Below, one piece after another: positions 57,685 through 64,000 of a stretch of DNA of 64,000 bases; position 1 is the stretch's first letter; the number at the start of each line of letters is the position of its first letter. The translations under genes and the position numbers were made by a program. The notes below the pieces were generated by a model. The model was given only the letters and a program-made list of their open reading frames with translations, searched no databases and had not been told where the DNA came from. The DNA is from Candidatus Eiseniibacteriota bacterium. Its GTDB lineage: Bacteria; Eisenbacteria; RBG-16-71-46; CAZAMP01. The stretch spans positions 3,776,001-3,840,000 of the forward strand of contig OZ245046.1 of assembly GCA_965224245.1 (NCBI GenBank). The letters are read 5' to 3'.

Positions 57685-57965
57685 CGGGCGGGGAGAGTGG
57701 GGCACCTCACGGCGTGGGAGGCGTGACGTCGCGAACGTCCGGTCCGGCGAGACGCGACCGGGGAAGGACGGTCGGTCGAGTCGCGCGAATGAAGGCACAC
57801 CGGCTGCACGCGATCGCCACGTCGATTGGCACGGACACGCGACCGTGAGATGCCCCGGGGGGCGGGTTCCGCGGGGCGAATCCTCGGATCGGATCCGCCA
57901 CCGAATGTCGGTCGAGCCGACGGCAAGCTCACCACCGCCGGGGAGCGACGGCGAGCGACATCCTC

Positions 57966-58721
57966 CTACAGACCCGGCGACGACCCGTCGTCCGACGTGA
58001 CGCCGTCGCCGGGATCCATGAAGTAGTAGAGCACCTCGGTCCACGTCATCGGGACGTCACGTGCGCCGGAGTCGGCCTCGTGCAGATCCCACTGCGACAT
58101 GATCTGCCAGCCGGCATCCTGTGACGACAGCGACGGGCCGCGGCCGAGGACGAAGCGAGCCGGGTCACCGGGCACGATGAACGTGTCGGTTCCACCGAAC
58201 TCCGAACGAACGGTCACCTCCAGCGTCGCCGCCACGACCGGAACCGCCACCCAGTCCGGATGGTCGAGATCGCCGGCCGGCTCCGCGGGTGCGAGCTCCA
58301 TCGAGAGCGAGACCATCTGCACGTCCGGGTGATCCAGCATGTAGTCCAGCGACGAGATCACCTCGCTCCGCGAGAACTCGGGCGGCAGCCCGAGAGGCGG
58401 ATGCGTGTGAAACGCGAACGCGCCGCCCAGGATCGTACCCAGGGCGCTCGCGTCCCGGTCGTTGTAGGCGCTCTCGAACGCGCGCACCGCGTCGATCGGA
58501 TCGGCGTATGCGATCGGATCGCCTGCGTCGTTCGTTCCACCGGTGTCCGGCGGGTCCAGGTCCGCGTCGGAGGACACCGTCGGGACGTCGGTCTGTCCCC
58601 GCCCGCGCGCCGAGGCGTCCGAGTCCGGAGACGTGAGGCCGTTACCGTCATCCGAGCAGCTCGTGAGGACGAGCGCGGCCGCCATGGCCACCGCGGAGAC
58701 GTGAAGTGTTCGGGTCGTCAT
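57966..58721 (-). CDS. Hypothetical lipoprotein (NTF2/SnoaL-like fold possible)
   Basis: GGAGG RBS; lipobox LTSC; AFESAYNDRD..F.F..WQIMSQWD. Confidence 0.7.
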   Translation of the reverse strand: MTTRTLHVSAVAMAAALVLTSCSDDGNGLTSPDSDASARGRGQTDVPTVSSDADLDPPDTGGTNDAGDPIAYADPIDAVRAFESAYNDRDASALGTILGGAFAFHTHPPLGLPPEFSRSEVISSLDYMLDHPDVQMVSLSMELAPAEPAGDLDHPDWVAVPVVAATLEVTVRSEFGGTDTFIVPGDPARFVLGRGPSLSSQDAGWQIMSQWDLHEADSGARDVPMTWTEVLYYFMDPGDGVTSDDGSSPGL

Positions 58722-58772
58722 GTGACCTCCTCGGTCGGAGGGGCGAGGCTTCGTCCGAGCGGCCGGGGGTCA

Positions 58773-58788
58773 TGCAGGAGCCGTACCT
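58773..58788 (-). promoter_or_regulatory. Possible sigma54 promoter for the lipoprotein
   Basis: Minus strand AGGTACGGCTCCTGCA (GG-N10-GC). Confidence 0.35.
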
Positions 58789-58936
58789 GGCACGCGGGCG
58801 CAAAGAGGCCAGCGGTGCGGGAAGCCGCTGCCCGGCAGAGCGTTGGTCCATCGGGGCCGCCACGGGGCGCCGGGCGGCGACGTCGCTCCACCCCGTCGGC
58901 CGGCCGCGACCAGCCTCGCATGGGGCAGGCCGACGG

Positions 58937-61290
58937 TCAGCGGGGCCGGGCGCGCGCGGTGTCGAGCTGTCGGGCCGCGGTGGTCTCGTCGATGTAGATC
59001 AGGGCGTCGAAGCGGCTCGACACGACCATCGGCGCGAACTGGTCGCTCATGGCGACCGCGCCGATGGAGCGCATCAGGCGTCGCTGGTTGACGAAGGCCG
59101 CGGCCGGGGCACGCCGGAGGTCGAGGATCGCCCGCTGGAGGTCGGCCGCGGAGAAGAAGCTCTCGATGCTGCCCGGCGGTGGCTCGGCCAGCGGGTTCTC
59201 GCCGAGACCGCTCTTGGCCCATGCGAAGTACGATCCCGCGCGCGTCGCGAAGCCGACCGGGAAGTAGTCGGCCCCGAAACGATCGGCGAGGTGCGCACCC
59301 ATCCACCCCGGGTCGCGCGCCACGTGGCCGTTGTGCGCCCACAGGACGATCTTCTGACCGGGATTCTGCTCGAGGATCCAGGCCACGTTCTCGGCCATGC
59401 TCCGGTCGCGAACGCCGAAGTCCGTCGACGCGCGCTGGCGCAGGCACTGGGACACGACGTGGGCGTTGTGGAGGACCCAGTCGACGTCGGTGCCGGCCGT
59501 CGCGTCTCGGCGCAGGCGATCGGCGTCGGCCATCAGCTCGCTGTTAGGGCGGTCACCAGAGCGGCGACCTCGGACACACTCACCGCCTCGGGCTCGGGCG
59601 CAACGCGGGAGATCAGGAGGCTCCCACCGCCCCTGCCGGCGGCCTCGTCGCTGAGCTCGGCGTGATATCCGTCCGCCCGCAGCGAGAAGCCCCGCAGCTC
59701 GGGGCCGTCGAAGCCGAGCTCGAGGGAGTCGCTGTCCGCGACCGCCTCGCCGTCCAGCTCGATCCGGAGATCGTCGAACCAGGCCCGGCCCGATCCGGAC
59801 ACGAGACATCCGAAGTTGATGTCGATCGTCTCGTCCGGCACCTCGAGCTCGATCACGTACGGCGTCCAGGCCGTCGTCCCGCGGGGCGCCCGCGCCTGCA
59901 TGTTGTCGAACGCCAGCGGTCCGGACTCGCCGTCGCAACGCCACCACATTGCCGCCCACGCCGACTCCGCGAGCTCGGTGCGAATGAGTCCCGACAGACG
60001 CAGGTGCTTGCCGCGGGCGTCCTCCACCGGGAACGTCGCGGTGGCCGATGCGAACCCCGCTCCGGACCGCCCGGCGGCGTACGCGCGCTCGTAGAGCTCG
60101 GAGACTCGCTCGGCACGCCCCGGATCCGTCTCTCTCAGGAACGAGACCACGATGTCGCCGGCCACCGTGGGCGTCTGCATGTCGAAGCCGGTGAACTGCA
60201 GCGGCACGTCACGGGTCGCGTTGGCCTCGCGCATCCACTCGACCATCGCGAGGACCTCCTCGGTGTTCCAGGTCCAGAAGTACATGCCGCCGATCAGGGC
60301 CTTCGGGTCGCCCGGTTCGCCTCGCACGTAGTCGTTCAGCCGGTACGCCTCGGGGGTGCTGGCCTCGATCGAGAAGATCGTGAAGCCCTTTCGCTCGACC
60401 AGGAACTCGAGCAGCCGGTGCTTCATCTGGAACACCTCACGCGATCCATGCGTGGGCTCGCCCAGCCCGACGATGCGCGCGTCGCCGATCATGTCTCCGA
60501 ACGGCTCCAGCTCGTCGAGGTCGCGTTCCGCGGTCACGTGATCGAACGCGACCGCATGATCCGAGAGCCATCCGATCGCAACGGGATCGGGAGCATCCGT
60601 CCGGTGCGGGAGCAGGTCCTCGGGGCTCGCCAGAGACGTGGACGTGACGGCAACGTCGTCGCCGACCACGTCGATCACGAGATCATCGGCCCACACGGTG
60701 CCCGACGCATGGAGGAGCACACCGAACGCGATCCGGGTGGCCACGTCCGGGACGTCGTGCACCACCTCGTAGCGCGCCCAGTCGGTGGTGCCCGTGATCG
60801 CCCGATCCTGCATGTTGTCGAAGGCCAGGGTCGTGCCGTGACCGTCGATCCGCATCCAGAGGCCCGACCCGACCCCCACGACCGAGTCGGTCTTCAGGAA
60901 GCCGGAGAGCCGGATGCGCTGGCCGTGAAACGGTGCGGCGTCGATCGCCTGGGTCACGGTTCCGAACGCGTCCGCATCGGCGTCGGCTCCGGGTGCGCCC
61001 TCGACCCGGGCCGACGCGCGGCCCCCGTGAGCGACCGCATCGTCCACCCCGATGGCGTACAGGTCGCCACGGGTCCGGGGCCGGTGATCCGGGTGGTCCC
61101 ATCCGACCGGCTGGCCGTCGCTGGCCACGCCGTTCTCGAAGTCGAGGTTGCGGGGCGCTCTCCAGGCCTCGGCGCGAGCCGCGCCGACGACCACCATCGA
61201 CCCGACCCCCAGGGCCAGCAGCCCACCTGCGTACCGCCCGCATGCCAGTGCCCGCATATCCGGACCCCCAGGCGTTGGTGGCGCGGACAT
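58937..61290 (-). pseudogene. Erythromycin-esterase (EreA/B) family protein with two galactose-binding-like domains, frame-split near 59540 (pieces 61290-59533 and 59533-58937)
   Basis: GLGEPTHGSRE, IEA, WNTEE, FTGFDMQ in one frame; RDRSMAEN, LWAHNGHV, MGAHL, FDALIYI in another. Confidence 0.8.
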
Positions 61291-61303
61291 CGACGACGCC
61301 GGC

Positions 61304-61681
61304 TCAGTCGTCGTCGCGCCGCGCTCGTTCGCGTTTCAGGGCGCCGCGCCGGCGCTTGTCCTCCAGGCGCTTTCGCCGCGACGCGGCGGATGCGCGGGTC
61401 GGCCGCCTCGGCGTCGGCCGGACGAGCAGCGCGGCGACACGCTCGCGGAGCCTCGCGAGCGCTTCGGCACGGTTCCGGTGCTGCGAGCGCTCACGACGGC
61501 CGATGACCACGATGCCGCTCGGACGGTGCCTGAGCCGCACCGCGGACTCGGTGCGATTGCGATGCTGACCGCCGGGGCCCGAGGCCATGAAGGTGGTCAC
61601 ATCGCACTCCGTCAGGAGCTCCTCGTCGGAATCGGGTAGGTGGTAGCCGTCGGGAAGGCTCGCGCCGGCGTCGGGGGTCAT
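61304..61681 (-). CDS. Class-I release-factor-like peptidyl-tRNA hydrolase (ArfB-like ribosome rescue factor)
   Basis: [22 protein letters not shown]; basic tail RRPTR..KRRR. Confidence 0.85.
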   Translation of the reverse strand: MTPDAGASLPDGYHLPDSDEELLTECDVTTFMASGPGGQHRNRTESAVRLRHRPSGIVVIGRRERSQHRNRAEALARLRERVAALLVRPTPRRPTRASAASRRKRLEDKRRRGALKRERARRDDD

Positions 61682-62190
61682 CCCGCGTCCGGGGATGCGG
61701 CGTCCGGGTCGATCTCGACCAGGAGATCCCCGAAGTCGACATTGTCCCCCTCCGCGTGGTGGACGGCACTCACCACGCCGTCGACCGGCGACGACACGTC
61801 GTTCTGCATCTTCATCGACTCGAGTACGAGCAGCGTGTCGCCGGTGGTGACGCGATCTCCTCGGGCCACCGCGACCGAGACGACCTTGCCCGGCATCGGG
61901 GTCGTCACGCGACCGTCGCGGCCCCCGCCTCCCCCGTCCGCGGCCCGGGTCTCGTCCGGTGACTGGAACGAGACGTGGCGACCCGAGCGGGCGAGATCGA
62001 TGACGTCGCGCGTGCGATGGTAGTGCGCGACCATCCGGTGCCCGCCGACCTCGAACGTGAGCCGTCCACCGGCGACCGCGGCGTCGGTGATCACGTACCG
62101 GCGCTCTCCGATCGTGGCCACCAGCCCGGCGTCGGTTCGCTCCAGGACGACCGATATCGTCGTGCCGCCCGACTCGTACGTGAACTCCAT
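61678..62190 (-). CDS. Biotin carboxyl carrier subunit of acyl-CoA carboxylase
   Basis: [15 protein letters not shown] biotinylation motif. Confidence 0.9.
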   Translation of the reverse strand: MEFTYESGGTTISVVLERTDAGLVATIGERRYVITDAAVAGGRLTFEVGGHRMVAHYHRTRDVIDLARSGRHVSFQSPDETRAADGGGGGRDGRVTTPMPGKVVSVAVARGDRVTTGDTLLVLESMKMQNDVSSPVDGVVSAVHHAEGDNVDFGDLLVEIDPDAASPDAG

Positions 62191-63746
62191 CAGGCGCCTC
62201 CCACGCGCCAGGCTCCGAGCGTCCGCCACGGCGAGGGGTGGTCGGTCCGCGCCTCGGCCCCGCGCGGAGCGTGCGCGTCGAGATGCTCGATCAGGGCCGC
62301 GGAGATCAGGTCCATGTCCGCCTCGACCGGATCGTGCGTGTCCGACCCGATTCCCAGCTCGCCGGCGTGGTGCTCCAGGAACGACGTGTCGATCTCGCCG
62401 CGCCGGAACGCCGGATGTTCGAGCACGTCGATCAGGTACGCGATCGAGTTCCGGATGCCCAGGATGACCGTGGAGCGAAGCGCCTCCACGAGACGACGCC
62501 GCGCGGCCTCGCGGGTCTCGCCCCATGCGATGACCTTGGACAGGATCGGATCGTAGTGGGTGGACACCTCGCCGCCCTCGGTGACGCCCTCGTCGACGCG
62601 AACGCCCGGCCCGCCGGCGTCGATCAGGCGCGTGATGCGTCCCGCGGACGGCATGAACCCGCCCGCCGCGTCCTCGGCGTAGAGGCGGGCCTCGATCGCG
62701 TGTCCGCGCTGCGCCAGATCGGACTGCTCGAACGTGAGCCGCTCGCCGCGCGCGATCCGGATCTGCCAGGCCACGAGATCCAGCCCCACGACCATCTCCG
62801 TCACCGGGTGCTCGACCTGGATGCGCGTGTTCATCTCCAGGAAGTAGAACTCGCCTGCCGGATCGAACAGGAACTCCACGGTCCCGGCGCTCACGTAGTC
62901 GACGGCCGTGGCCACACGCACGGCGGCCTCGCCCATCCGCGCGCGCAGCTCGGGATCCACGGCCGGCGACGGCGACTCCTCGATGAGCTTCTGGTGACGC
63001 CGCTGAATCGAGCACTCGCGCTCGAACACGTGCACGACGTTGCCGTGAGTGTCGGCGAGCACCTGGACCTCGACGTGCCTCGGGTTCTCCACGAAGCGCT
63101 CGACGTAGACCGTGCCGTTGCCGAAGGCCGACGTGGCCTCACGACTCGCGGACGCGATCGCGCCGGCCAGCGCGCCGCGGTCTCGCACGATGCGCATGCC
63201 CTTGCCGCCGCCCCCACCGGCCGCCTTGACCATCAGCGGAAGCGGGATCGCCTCTGCGGCGGCCACCAGGGCCTCGACTGCGCCGGTGGCGTCCGCGCCG
63301 CTGGCGTCCGCGCCGCTGGCGTCCGCGCCGCTGGCGTCCGCGCCCTCGGTGCCAGGGGCCAGCGGGACGCCGGCGTCACGCATGCGCGCGCGCGAGGCGA
63401 CCTTGTCACCCATGATCCGGATGGCGTCGGCGGACGGTCCGATGAACGTGAGCCCGGCCTCGGCGCACGCCTCGGCGAAGGCCGCGTTCTCGGACAGGAA
63501 TCCGTAGCCGGGGTGGACCGCGTCAGCGCCGGTCCGCCGGGCCGCATCGATCAGCGCCTCGATCGACAGGTACGACTCTCGAGGCGGCGCGGGTCCGATC
63601 GAGACCGCCGAATCGGCCATCGCCACGTGCAGCGCGGCCCCGTCGACCTCGGAGTGCACGGCGACCGTGGCCACTCCCATCTCACGACACGCCCGCAGGA
63701 TCCGTACGGCGATCTCGCCGCGGTTGGCAACGAGTACCTTCTTCAT
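62190..63746 (-). CDS. Biotin carboxylase subunit of acyl-CoA (methylcrotonyl/propionyl-CoA type) carboxylase
   Basis: [52 protein letters not shown]. Confidence 0.95.
   Translation of the reverse strand: MKKVLVANRGEIAVRILRACREMGVATVAVHSEVDGAALHVAMADSAVSIGPAPPRESYLSIEALIDAARRTGADAVHPGYGFLSENAAFAEACAEAGLTFIGPSADAIRIMGDKVASRARMRDAGVPLAPGTEGADASGADASGADASGADATGAVEALVAAAEAIPLPLMVKAAGGGGGKGMRIVRDRGALAGAIASASREATSAFGNGTVYVERFVENPRHVEVQVLADTHGNVVHVFERECSIQRRHQKLIEESPSPAVDPELRARMGEAAVRVATAVDYVSAGTVEFLFDPAGEFYFLEMNTRIQVEHPVTEMVVGLDLVAWQIRIARGERLTFEQSDLAQRGHAIEARLYAEDAAGGFMPSAGRITRLIDAGGPGVRVDEGVTEGGEVSTHYDPILSKVIAWGETREAARRRLVEALRSTVILGIRNSIAYLIDVLEHPAFRRGEIDTSFLEHHAGELGIGSDTHDPVEADMDLISAALIEHLDAHAPRGAEARTDHPSPWRTLGAWRVGGA
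63287..63344. repeat. In-frame 15-bp tandem repeat, ~3.9 copies, encoding (GADAS)n
   Basis: TGGCGTCCGCGCCGC x3 plus a partial fourth copy. Confidence 0.95.
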
Positions 63747-63757
63747 CGTCGGCCGGC

Positions 63758-64000
63758 CTACATGCGAAAGACGCCGAACCGGTGCGGCCCGATCGGCGCG
63801 TTGCGGGACATCGCGATCCCGAGCGCGAGGGCGGCGCGGGTGTCGGTGATGTCGATGATCCCGTCGTCCCAGAGCCGTGACGTGGCGAACATCGCGCTCG
63901 ACTCCTCCTCGTAGCGCGCGAGGATGGGCGCGCGGATCGCGGCCCGCTCGTCGTCGCTCATGGCCTCGAGCGTCGTGCCCATCTGCCGCGCCTTCACCGA
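63758..64000 (-). CDS. Carboxyltransferase subunit (methylcrotonyl-CoA carboxylase beta-like), C-terminal fragment
   Basis: RLWDDGIID..DTR..L..FGVFRM C-terminus. Confidence 0.88.
   Translation of the reverse strand, partial: SVKARQMGTTLEAMSDDERAAIRAPILARYEEESSAMFATSRLWDDGIIDITDTRAALALGIAMSRNAPIGPHRFGVFRM

Noticed and set aside
57826-57841. TTGGCACGGACACGCG as a sigma54 promoter
   Set aside because: GG-to-GC spacing is 9 rather than 10, and there is no downstream plus-strand gene
58795-58830. GGGCGCAAAG resembling part of a c-di-GMP-I riboswitch
   Set aside because: Wrong strand for the adjacent gene, and no upstream GGCAAA/GNRA stem
58937-61290. Bona fide macrolide-resistance gene
   Set aside because: The Ere-like family is broad; this member is secreted, multi-domain, chromosomal and frame-split, with no mobile context

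Overview
High-GC (roughly 70% by eye), gene-dense diderm bacterial chromosome segment with about 55 real CDS; most listed ORFs are GC-driven shadow frames. A secreted protein ending in an FlgD-Ig/T9SS-like domain, Bacteroidota-style AsmA and a type-2 IleRS suggest an FCB-related lineage such as Eisenbacteria, Latescibacterota or Krumholzibacteriota (inference only). In order: AsmA-like (partial); orphan YfiR-like; an envelope/lipoprotein cluster (DUF1328, OM barrel, TPR, OmpA) beside a HAMP kinase and NtrC-type activator, with three sigma54 motifs and a repeated upstream element; a choice-of-anchor-B/FG-GAP/ASPIC protein; a MoxR-DUF58-BatA-spermidine-synthase-like operon; two apparently degenerate zinc-peptidase homologues; BtpA; a satellite BMC-T shell gene coupled to an MBL hydrolase; a ~17 kb surface-polysaccharide locus (4 GT4, Wzz, an in-frame Wzx flippase-SLBB/Wza exporter fusion, PLP aminotransferase, two CapK-like ligases, deacetylase, PHP, radical SAM) with sigma28-like divergent promoters; an uncharacterised four-gene DUF6754 membrane module; a DUF2723/TPR glycosyltransferase; a molybdate/tungstate ABC-MoaD-HesA operon; ileS; a frame-split erythromycin-esterase-family gene; an ArfB-like factor; and acyl-CoA carboxylase genes. 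No rRNA, tRNA, CRISPR array or intact mobile element was seen. Family calls come from remembered motifs, not from database searches.
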